A DNA stretch of 64,000 nt from the human T2T-CHM13v2.0 reference genome, Homo sapiens, in NCBI RefSeq assembly GCF_009914755.1, contig NC_060926.1, one strand, 5' to 3'. Under the pieces are notes generated by a model that had not been told where the DNA came from, made no database searches, and was given only the letters and a program-made list of their open reading frames with translations. This document shows, piece by piece, positions 40,441-52,781 of this stretch (positions are counted from its first letter, which is position 1; each line of letters starts with the position of its first letter). The position numbers were made by a program, and so were the translations under genes.

Positions 40441-43400
40441 CCCATGGCTTTCTTGTAAATAGCAGCTGCCCTGAAGTCTGTGAAGGGCACACCAAGAGTC
40501 TGGCTGGGAGGTTGTCAGCTAGGAAACTGTGGCCCAAGTTCGTGGTGAGTGAGGAGTTACTTTCTTCCCTTGACCACTGGAGCAGGATAGACTCTGCCTG
40601 CCACCCATCCCATGAAGAAGACTTTCCTTCTGAGTGCCTTGGTTTGCGCTTCAGGGAAGCCACTGACACGTTCATTACCTGTTTCCTGAAGTAGACAGTT
40701 AGAGCTCCCTGTCTCAGTGTCCAAAAAAACCAAGGGGCCCCAAGTGCAGAAACAAGGGCTGAAAATGTATGTTTTACGGACAGGAGACAGCCAGCCTGTT
40801 TAAGTGGAGGCTTTTTTGGAAACCCCACTTTCCCAGTGAGTCACAGTAAACACAGACAGAGCACACTGCTTCTCTGACACCAGGGCCAGGGCTGTCCTGG
40901 GCTCAGAATGAATTAGACCAGCTTGCCTTTTGTGTTCACCATTCTAGCATTTCTTTCCCTGCTTGATTGTCACCACATGTGCACACACATACCCACATAC
41001 CTGTGCACACATGTACACTTTCTTATTTGCTGACCCTCACAGCCCTGCCATCCCTGGGCTACCAGGCAGACTTTCTGATCTGGAGCTTAACCGGCCCAGA
41101 CATTGGAAACACCAAGCAACTGGTAGCTGGTAAGACTTTTACCCCATCAACGAGGCTTACGAAAGAGTAAACTTACCTTAATAATGCCTAGTGGCCAGGT
41201 TTCCAGGAGTGGGGGACAGCCTGGCGCTGTTTGTAGGGGCTGAAGGGAATGTTTACTGAGGGGATCCTGATGCAGTGGCCGCTGTGACAGCCAGTCAGGA
41301 GGTCTTGTCCCCATTCTAAAGAGCGAGAAACTGCAGAGTTGAGAGGACCACAAACCCTAGTGCAGCCGGGTTTTCTGCAGGGGTCTCTACAGCTCAGAGC
41401 CTCTAGGCTTTGTCACCTCCTGGGTATTGGAGGCTTCCTCGGGCCCTCAGCACAGCCCACACCTACCAGGGCCAATCCAATCATGTAGGCTGGCCAGGGC
41501 GGTGAGCCTCCGAACAATGTATGGGTGGTGCCACCAATCCTTGTCCTCACTAGGAATCCAGTCAGTCATCCCGCAATTCCCCAGGCCGGGCCACAGCTGG
41601 CTGTGCTCCTAACATCCCTGCACTGACCAGCAGGTCACCGGTACCTCTAGGAGCCTGACTGTGTGGCAGCCGTGTCTGAGTGATGACTGCCAGAAAGTTC
41701 TGGTTTGTTATTCAGACATATAATACGTGCTGCTTTGAAGACAGTGGCCTGCACTGCTGTTGTCCTTCCTAATAGGGGTAGGGTCTTGCCAGGTCAGAGC
41801 AGGACCCATCCAGGGGCAGTGACCTGTGCTGATGTCCTTGGCTGTGCTGGATTTGACGAGAACACTCTGTGGTCAGGGGTTTTGCCTTTCAGCTCGAGCT
41901 GCAGAGAGACCCTCTCTGTCCTGCTGCTTCCCCAGATTCTGCCCACGGGGCATCCGCATGCCCTCTCTAGCTGGGTGAACTATGTGGGGTCAGCTCACTG
42001 TGTAGGCTGCCTCGGGAAGGAGGGAGAGCCTTGTGCTGCCAGGGCCCTAGTTTCCATTTGGCTTCATCAGAGAGTTTCTGACACATACCTACTGCCAGAT
42101 CACATGTAATAGCTGCAACATGCCACGCGGCTTGTGGCTGAAGTTACTTACAAAAGCCGGGTTGAGGAATCCATAAAGTGTAGGCTTCTCTGGCCTTCAT
42201 GGGTCGGATTAAAGGGTGTCCTGGCCCTGAGGAGCACCCAGACCTGCAGCTGCTGCTGGCTCCTGAACAACTGGCTCTGAGTGTGCAGAGGCCTGGCTCT
42301 GACAGTTGAGCCTACCTGAAGCCCTCTGAGACCACCATCCAGAGCCGGAGGCATCCTACATACCTGCATGCAAGGGGAGGCTGGGCCTCCAGGTCTACTC
42401 TGTTGTGATTTCTGCTGGGTTGTGTGACGGTGGTGCATTGGCTATTGTGGGCCTGTTGGTGGACTAGAGTCCTTGATTTTCCTTCTGTGCAAAGTCAGGA
42501 CTCTCCGGGGCCCTTCATGCCTTAACATCCCAAGAGGCTTGTTTTGTTATTTTCTTCCACAATGCCCTGGAGTTACCATGTTTGGGCGGCATGTTATTTA
42601 TGGAGAAGTTGGTGACAGGGAGACCCTGATGTAACTTGAATTGTGATAATGTCTATACTTGCTCTCACGGCCTACGGAAGAAGAATTTGTTTTTCTTGAT
42701 TTGGTTCTTTTCACTTCTTTTTCTTCATGGAGGCTTCACGTAGGTGCATGTGGAGGGAGCTTTATTCAGACAAGTTTCCTTGACATCTCTGGGAGGTCTC
42801 TGTTTGTCTGGCTCTGAGAGCATCTGGTGTTTGGACAGCCTCTGGGCCGGGCGCTGTGGGGATGGCTCTGGAAACTGTCAGTCATGTGTGTGCTACACCG
42901 TGCACAACAGGGGCTCTGCAGATGATATCCATGTTCTCAGACGCCCAGGGGTTTTCTTTGCTTAGGTTCTCTTTTCTTCTCCGGCCAGAGATATCTTTTC
43001 CAAGTAGTAATTGTAATTTTTTTGGTGGAGGGTTATTTGTGATGTTTATCTCAACCCTGGGAATACCTTTTTGAGAGTAGAGAGGCTCTCTGGGATCTTT
43101 TCATTTTCTAAATTCTCAGTGTATTTAGGGAATAAATGCATTCCCGAGACTTTCCTGGCGGCTGTTGATAAGCCTGCAGTGCACTACTGATGGTTGGCAG
43201 CCCTGTGATTTACCGTCCTCTCCCTAGTGGAAAACCATGCAAACTGACGCCTAAACCCAAGGCGCCATGCACAGTCACTGCTGATCCCAAGTGCTAGGCA
43301 AGGCCCAGGTGAGGTGAGTGAGGGAGACCTGTGACCCGAGGTCAGGGAGCTGCATGTGCCCTTCCAGGAACCACCAAAGCAGGAGAGCAGGTGCAGTTGG

Positions 43401-45519
43401 CTTGGATGGGTTCAGGGCCAGAGAAAGGTGGAGAAAGCATCTGCCTCCCAGTGGCTGTATCTGGGTTTTAATTCCAGTTCCATACTTACCCTCTGTGGAG
43501 CTTAGCACTTTCACTTGTAGCGTGGGCACAGGGACACCTTGGTCATAGGCAAGAGGGCTCCCGATCTTGTATGTGGAGTGCCTGATGCAGGATCTGACTG
43601 GTGAGGTGGCCCATGGCTGAGAGCTGACAGGCTGTCCAGGGCCAATGGAGGCCCATGGGAGAAGCGGCCTGCAGAGGGTGAAGAGAAGACTTGCAATCTT
43701 ATGGCCTGATACTGTCCATGGGCAATCCAGGGACAGAAGGCACGGAAACTTCAGGTGACCCTAGCGTGTGTCTGAACCAAGTTCCTAAGTGCATGGTTTC
43801 AGGGGAGGGACTTCTTCCTCCCCTACAGAGAGTAATGGAAGGTAAATGGTTGAAGCCAGGCAGGCAGGTGACTTCAGAACCCCATCCTGCCTCTGCTGTG
43901 AGAGGAAGGCCACTCTGTTTACAAGCAGTGAGGCTGGACTGTTTGAGGTGTTCTCAGCCCCATGTGCCCTTCTCTGGATGGAGAGCCTTTCCCTCCCTTT
44001 AGAGGGCACTGTGTCTGCAGGAAGGAGGTCAGTAGCATGAGCACTTGGCCTGAAGTGTCTTACACGGGTCCATTTCTGCCAAGACGCCCAATGGGGGCCC
44101 AACAGCCAGGCCCGTGAGCTAGCCTTCTGTTGTGTGGACACATCAACATTTCTGGCTCTGTCACACAGGTATGGTCAGGGCCCTTTGTAGTTGCATAGGT
44201 GTAAAGCGAGGGCCCTGGCTGATGGCTCTTCCTGTCAAGCAGAACAAAGCAATGATGTGGAGGTGATTGTCCCCTCCCCAGGGCTCCAGGAAGCCTTGAT
44301 CCGCACACTGTGCTGAACAGCACACAGCAAGAGCTCTAGTTAATCATGAGGATTAAATTGTGTTTGTTTTCATTGTAATTACAGCAGAGCAGTAAAATGT
44401 GCAGTCTGTGGAGCTGGACAGGCAGAGGTCAAGGATGTTTGCTTCTTGGCTTTGGAGGTGTCAGACGTGTGTGAAATATGCTCAGCCTCCCACCTGTGTG
44501 TGCAGCAGCCAGGCACCTCCCATCTCCCAGGGACAAACACAAACAAGTGCATTCGAAGGGAAGGGTGTGCCCAGAAAGAAGTGGCATGGGGCTGCAGGTG
44601 GTGTTCAGTGTTCATTGAGACTCTGATGGCTGTGTGCTGGCCAGGCCCCATGACGACAGGTAAAGCTTAGGACTCTTATTGAATTGGGTGTGTATTTAAA
44701 ATTTGGCTCATTGAGAATCAGTGTAATCGGCAGGCATTTCAAGCCTTTGTCATGGATTTATACAGTGTTTGGGAGGTGGGTCACCCTACTGGTCAGCCTC
44801 CCCACCCCTTCACTTATAGTAGGGAAACTGAGGCTTGCCTTTTTTTTTTAAATTTATTAATTGGGCTCTCTGCTGATACGAGACATGTTGATGCATTCAG
44901 TGTGGTGTGTATTAAGATCTTTACTGGATGTGTAGCATTCCACTTCATTACATCAGAGGAAGGGCCACAAAGCTCTATAAAACCAGGTCCCCTAAGAGTG
45001 GCTAGAGCAGGAGACAGGTCGGTGGCCCGGCTGCTGATGCACCAGCCCCAACGGTGCCAGCAAGCATGAGCAAGCCCACAGGTGCCCTCGGCCTCAGGGC
45101 AGGAAAGCCCTGGGAAATGCTTATTATTACAGTGCTGGGGTCTTTCCTGTTATGGTTACAGTTGTATTTGTCTAACAGTCTTATTTAAAGAAGACCAACA
45201 TCATGATTCTGCATTTAACCATCTGAGGCTTGAAAGCTTGGAGAGAAACCAGTTGTCTAAGTGGTTTGTAAATGGGAGAGATAAATGTCTCGAGTAACCA
45301 CGGTGGAAAAGCACCAGGAGGGTGGTGCTTTCACTGTACCTGGGGGCAGCCATGCTGATTGCAGGAGCTTTGGGGTTACTGCCTTCAAACTCTGCTTTCG
45401 ATGCCCTGGGAACCTCTCATGGTGCCTGTGGGGTACCCAAGAGCCCATAGGACAGTGTCCGGAGGCCCCACTCTCTGCAGCCAGGTAAACCTACCCAGGC
45501 CCTTTCCTTGCGGCCTCAT

Positions 45520-46420
<901 letters not shown>

Positions 46421-46669
46421 TTCAATCAAATAAGTAATGAAATAGTAGCTAGAATATGGAGACTTTAAAATGTCCTCTGTGGATTAGGGGGCTGATGCAT
46501 ACATAGAAAGATTGATTCTCTCAGTTTTATTCCTGGGGAGCCAGGTAGAGAATTTGCTTTTAGGAGGTGGATTTTCATTCCTTGAGCAAAGCTAATAGAT
46601 GAACTTAGCTCATTCTGCCAGGACAGTCTGTCAGTGGAGAGACTGTACTATTAATAGAAAGGAATGTGA

Positions 46670-46961
46670 GGCCGGGTGCGGTGGCTCACGCCTGTAATCC
46701 CAGCACTTTGGGAGGCCGAGGTGGGCAGATCATGAGGTCAGGAGATTGAGATAGACCTGGCTAACACTGTGAAATGCCGTCTCTACTAAAAAAATACAAA
46801 AAATTAGCTGGGCATGGTGGCGGGAGCCTGTAGTCCCCAGCTGCTCGGGAGGCTGAGGCAGGAGAATGGTGTGAACCCAGGAGACGGAGCTTGCAGTGAG
46901 CCAAGATCGTGCCACTGCACTCCAGCCTGGGCAACAGAACGAGTCTCCATCTCAAAAAGAA
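46670..46961 (+). mobile_element. AluY-like element
   Basis: ggagaatggtgtgaacc and ggagcttgcagtg diagnostics; TSD agaaaggaatg(t/a)ga at 46656-46669 and 46962-46975. Confidence 0.95.
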
Positions 46962-47080
46962 AGAAAGGAATGAGAGCTGGACAAGTCATTCCCTGGTCAG
47001 GACACTCCAGAAGCCCTACATGGTTTGCAAAACCATCTGGGCTGTTCCAGCTCCTCCCTGTCTTTAAGCTACAGATCTCA

Positions 47081-47452
47081 GTCTGTGGGTGCTACCTGTC
47101 CACCTCCCCAGGATCCACCTCGAGTCTGTGGGTGCCCCCCATCCACCTCCCCAGGATCCACCCCAAGTCTGTGTGTGCTCCCCGTTCACCTCCCCAGGAT
47201 CCACTCCGAGTCTGTGGGTGCTCCCTGTCCACCTCCCCAGGATCCACCTCGAGTCTGTGGGTGCCCCCATCCACCTCCACAGGATCCACCCCAAGTCTGT
47301 GTGTGCTCCCCGTTCACCTCCCCAGGATCCACTCCGAGTCTGTGGGTGCTCCCCGTCCACCTCCCCAGGATCCACCTCGAGTCTGTGGGTGCCCCCCATC
47401 CACCTCCCCACGATCCACCCCAAGTCTGTGTGTGCTCCCCATCTACCTCCCT
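47081..47452. repeat. GC-rich minisatellite, 43-bp unit, about 8.7 copies, 129-bp higher-order period
   Basis: Units start 47081, 47124, 47167, 47210, 47253, 47295, 47338, 47381, 47424; consensus gtctgtgkgtgcyccyyrtycacctccccaggatccacyycra. Confidence 0.97.
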
Positions 47453-48967
47453 ATATGTCCTGCTGGGCTTCTTACCCTTAGAGGTGCTCGATAGATAGAA
47501 GATGGCAAAGTGAATCAAGTCTCAGGGCCAAAGCCAGGCTTTTTGTAAGATCTCAAGGCACGATTTAAAACCATGTGCATGAGCTGACAGTTGGATGTCA
47601 GGAGGTCAGGAGTCTAGGTGGTGGTGAATTTTACAACAGAGATGATAACAGCCCCTCCCACTGAGCCCAGTGGATGCTAGATGTTTCCGTAAGGGCTTTC
47701 TGTGTATCCTTAGCCAGTGCCCTTCCCAGGCCCACTGGGCGGGCATCTCATTCTTCTGAGGGCCGTGGAGTCTGGCCATCACCTACCGTGCATGCCGCAC
47801 CCTCCTGAGGCTTTCTGGAGTGTGCTATTTTCCACTTCCTGTTGGACAGACATCTTAAACATCCTTATGTTTCCCAGACATCTCAGTCTGCCTTCCTAGC
47901 ATAATTCTTCTTGTAAGAAATGTAGGATTTTGTGGGTGGCAGGGGGACTAGGGAACATGCATCAGAGATAGCCGCATGCTCTGTCTTAGAGGCATCATCA
48001 GCCTGGGGAACCTGGCCAGCTCTTGTGGACCGCAGTCTAATTGGCCTGCTCCCTGCAGAGTGAGTGGGCTGCTTAGACTTTGCCCACTTGAGGCGTTGCG
48101 AAATAGGATGGTGTGTGTTTTATTTTTTTTTCCTTGTTATTTAAGAAGGAACATTGAAGAGAGCCAGGAGGGTTCCTAGTGGAAAGGAAGGCAGGGAGAA
48201 CAGCTGCACATTAGGATTAAAGGGCCAAGGCAGGACAAGGCCAGGGGAGCTCTGAGGGCAGCTCGTGGGCTGTGTTCGCCAACTGCTGGAGATGGGTGAG
48301 ATGCGGAAAACAAGCAAAATACTGCAAAATGGAAGAAAAATTGACCTTTCCTGTTATCCATTCTCCTCACAGTTTATCAGATGGTGGAAGGAAACACTGT
48401 AATTCTAGAAATAAGCCCCACCCTGACAGTGAGCCCCCACCTCCCAGCGTGGAAATAACCCATTCAGGGCAGTGGCACCCTGCTGCCCACCCTTAGGCTG
48501 CTATAGGCCAGTATAGGCTGGGGTCCCTGCAAGCCCAGGTCTCCTTCAGGGCAGGTGTGGCTCTTCCTCTCCCAGATGACTCAGAAAGCCCCCCAGGGGC
48601 CTGCATGGGTCCTGCCAGGTGGCCAACGCTGAAACAGAATGTGTCTTTGATTTGGGTTGAATTTATAGCCACAGGTCATCTGATTATAGTCAGAAACTCT
48701 GAAGGGAAGTTGCAGGGTTTTTATCAATAAAAAATGTTTAATTTAAAAAAAGAGATTGGCACATAAAAGCTTTTAATATGCAGGGTTGCAAGGGCAGAGA
48801 GAAATAATGAGAGGTCCTGGGTGGGTCAAGGGGGTGGACACCACTGAGCTGGGGCATTGAGACCCTGCCAGCACCAGCTGTGCCCAGTCTGAAGTTTCAG
48901 AGATTGAAGGAAACTTGAAATTACCCACCGAGCCCTGGAGAAATCCTTGGGAGCCCAGACATTTGCT

Positions 48968-49335
48968 TATGTGCGCATGTGTGTCATGTGCATGTGTGTG
49001 TATTGTGTATATATGTGTATTCGGTGTGTTGTATGTGCATGTGTGCTGTGTGTGTTGTGTATGGTATGTGTGTTGTGCGTGCATGTGTGTGTTGTGTGTA
49101 TGTGTATTCAGTGTGTTGTAGGTGCATGTGTGCTGTGTGTGTTGTGTATGGTGTGTGTTGTGCGTGCATGTGTGTGTTGTGTGTTGTGTGCATATGTATG
49201 TTGTGTGTATGTGTATTCAGTGTGTTGTGTGTGCTGTGTGTGTTGTGCGTGCATGTGTTATTTGCATGTTTGTGTTGTGTGTATGTGTTGTGTGTGTGTT
49301 GTATGGTGTGTGTGTTGTGTGTGTATGTATGTATA
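48968..49335. repeat. Degenerate (TG)-rich repeat with internal block duplications
   Basis: Recurring tgtgtattc(a/g)gtgtgttgt and gtgcgtgcatgtgt blocks. Confidence 0.9.
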
Positions 49336-50758
49336 CACAGGATCCACTCTGCATCTGACAAGAGGCTGCCCCAAGCAGGAGTGTCCTCCGATACAACAAG
49401 ACTCGCAGGAACAAGTCTGAGGACTTGACAAGGGACACCTATGTTTGGGAGTGGTCCCAGAACGGTATCCTTAATCTGCCCCTTCACTGCCTTCAACTCT
49501 CATTGTTCTCCTCAATACAGTGAAGTCCTTAAACCACTGGTGACACCAGGGACGTTTTGTGCCTGATGCCCGTCACCGAGACCTTGGAGTGCAGAGCAGG
49601 GCTCCCCTCAGGGCTTAGCTCAGCAGAGTCCTCAGCACAAAGGGCAGCTCAGGAGCCAGTGCTCAGCCACAGATTGGGAAGGCTTCTAAGCCGTAGTCAG
49701 TGGGCAGTGACACGGCCCACGCTTGCTTCATTAACAGCCTAACAAGAGACAGGGGTGAGCGTGTGCCCACTCGCACATGCATGAGAGAGCCAGGGAGGGA
49801 GTCACCTCATGTTATTTAATCACCCTCCAAATATTCAGAGCTGGAGACCACTGCTGCAGACCGCCTCCCACTAAGGACAAGCTGATGTATGTCCCTGAGC
49901 AGGAGAGGATGTCTGTGAGCTGGCTTATTTACAAATACGTGTAAGTGGCAGTTCTTAATTTGCAAATCTGTGTCTTTATAAGACTTGAAGAACAAACAAT
50001 AATACCTGCAGACAGAGGTGGATAAAAGCATTGCTCAGTACTGAGATACATTATCAGTGAAGGCACCCTGAATGCCTCTGGTCTCTGATGGGTATCGCTC
50101 AGTAATCAGCCAGGGAGGTGGTCAAACAGGATGGGAGTTGCTTCCGATCGGTGATTTCCCCATGTGTGCTTAGGTTTCGTCATATTTTTTAGGAATCTCC
50201 CTTCCTCTGAATAGGAAGTGCATGTAAAGGCACACAATGGAACCAGACATAGCTTCCTGTTAGGTCTGTGGGAGGTCATGGCTGGTGAAAGGGCAGGATC
50301 CAAACACAAGCATACCAGGGGAAGAAAACCCAAAAAGACCCCAAAGGTGATCACTGTGCGCTTTGTACAAGTGCTGAGCTTGCCCGAAGAAAGAAAGAGA
50401 CGCAAAAGAGAAGCAGCACTGAGGAAGCCTGGCTCCCGGGCTGCTTTTCATAAAGACAGAGTCAGTGTTGCTGAGACACAGGTGGAAAGTCTTTGTGCTT
50501 GCTTCTTTGATCAGCCCCACTCCCTTCCAACAGAGCCTATCAAGTTTGCTTCCTAATGAGGGCCCCCGAGTGCCGGCTGTGATGGGTGGACCAGGCTGAG
50601 GGAGGGCCGGGAGCCAGGGGAGCCACTCCCAGCTGCCACCCCTGAGGTCTGGGAGGCAGGAGCCCCACCCGTGATCCCCTTTCCCTTCTTTTACTCTCCC
50701 TTCCCTGTTTCTCAGTGCATGTCAGGGAAGCATCAGACAGAACACAGTTCTGCGTCTG

Positions 50759-51082
50759 TCCCTGGAGCGAGGCCGAGTCAAGCCCTGTTGGGGAGGGAGA
50801 GGCCCTGTGGTCGGGCAATGGGGCCAGGCTCCTGCTGGACAGAGGTTGCTTGGGAGGCCACTGAGGGGAGAAAGGAGCTGCTGCAGCACAGCCACACTCC
50901 TGGGCCCCTGGACAGGACAGGATGGGAGAGGACAGAGCACCCCAGCTCTCAGCCCTGCTGCAGTTGTGCGGGTGAAACGGACATCCCCACTAAGGGTCCT
51001 TGGACTCTGTGTCCAGTCCTTGTGGGTGAGGGGGTCTTCCAGACTGTCCCCTAATCCCACCTGGAGCCCAGAGAAGGGGCCG
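50759..51082 (+). repeat. Left arm of long inverted repeat (324 bp)
   Basis: Reverse complement equals 51255-51573 except 2 substitutions and one 5-nt indel (manual base-by-base comparison). Confidence 0.98.
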
Positions 51083-51254
51083 ATGGGGAGGAAGGGGCTG
51101 GGTGGCTCCACTCACCTCCTTTGGTCGTCACTTTTGCTGATGTTTGTGATGTTAAAAGAGATGGAGGGGATGGGCAGGCTAGAATAGGTTTATCTTCCCC
51201 AGTGGTTTCTGTGTGGAATGGAAAACCCTGAGCCCTGCCTGCTGAAGTGAGGTG

Positions 51255-51573
51255 CGGCCCCTTCTCTGGGCTCCAGGTGGGATTGGGGGACAGTCTGGAA
51301 GACCCCCTCACCCACAAGGACTGGACACAGAGTCCAAGGACCCTTAGTGGGGATGTCCGTTTCACCCGCACAACTGCAGCAGGGCTGAGAGCTGGGGTGC
51401 TCTGTCCTCTCCCATCCTGTCCTGTCCAGGGGCCCAGGAGTGTGGCTGCAGCAGCTCCTTTCTCCCCTCAGTGGCCTCCCAAGCAACCTCTGTCCAGCAG
51501 GAGCCTGGCCCCATTGCCCGACCACAGGGCCTCTCCCTCCCCAACAGGGCTTGACTGGGCCTCGCTCCAGGGA
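51255..51573 (-). repeat. Right arm of long inverted repeat (319 bp)
   Basis: See left arm; the ORF track shows identical peptides on opposite strands here. Confidence 0.98.
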
Positions 51574-51926
51574 GAGGTCCCCCACTGAACAATTTTTAAC
51601 TTCAAGATGGTGCAGAAGCGATACACATTCAGTAGAATCTTTACTTTGAGTTCCTACACAATCACTCTATTTTTCACTTTCAGGGCAGTGTTCAATAAAC
51701 TGCATAAGTTATTTAATACTTTATTATAAAAAAAAAAAGGCTTTGAGTCTGATGATGTCGCCTACTATAGGCTAATGTGCGTGTTCTGAGCATGTTTAAG
51801 GTGAGCCAGGCTATGCTATGAGGTTTGCCAGGTTGGGTGTATTCAATGAATTTCAGACCTAATGATATTTTCAATTTATGTTGGGTTTATCAAAATGTAA
51901 CCCCATTATAAGTCAGGAAGCATCTG
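51574..51926 (-). mobile_element. MER47A-like (Tigger-derived) element
   Basis: Inverted homolog of 35560-35924; ends ggaagcatctg then TA at 51927-51928; left terminus lacks TA-CAG. Confidence 0.8.
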
Positions 51927-52413
51927 TATCTTTTTCCGTTTTCTGGGGGACACAAATGTCTGAGGAGGACCTTCTGAGCCCTAAGACATGCCCAGGTGAT
52001 GAGGCTTGAGGACAGCTCCTCCCAGGCACAGCCCTTTCTCTTGTCCCGCACTGTGCTCTGTCCATGGAGCCACGAGGCACAAGGGCCGCACGTGGATTTT
52101 GTGCTGAGTGGCATTGGAAGCGTGGGCATCATAGGCAGTTTCCCTGGGGGAGAGGGACCACAGGCTGAGATTCCTCTCCAACCTTCGCCCTGGGAGCAGC
52201 TACTGTGATAGAGCCAGATTCCCAAGTTCTCATTCATGGTATTTTGAAATGACATAAAGGGACTGCCACCAAACAAGGCAGGATAGCAGCAGCCAAGATG
52301 GGAAAACCTTGCCTTCCCCCCGGGAGAACAGAGGGAGCCTCCCCACACACCGTGTAATTTCCAGAAAACACTGGTGCTTCTCCATGGCTCTGCTGGCCGA
52401 CCACATCCTCCTA

Positions 52414-52781
<368 letters not shown>

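Noticed and set aside
47081-47452. CRISPR-like regular array
   Set aside because: Units are contiguous with no unique spacers, no cas genes, and the DNA is primate.
46814-47518. Long overlapping ORFs up to 226 aa
   Set aside because: They arise from an Alu plus the stop-poor 43/129-bp minisatellite; open in nearly all frames, no coding signature.
48773-49496. Cys/Val- and His/Thr-rich ORFs (up to 170 aa)
   Set aside because: Translations of the TG repeat.
50671-51649. Identical peptides on opposite strands suggesting duplicated genes
   Set aside because: Direct consequence of the inverted repeat; no recognisable protein or exon structure.
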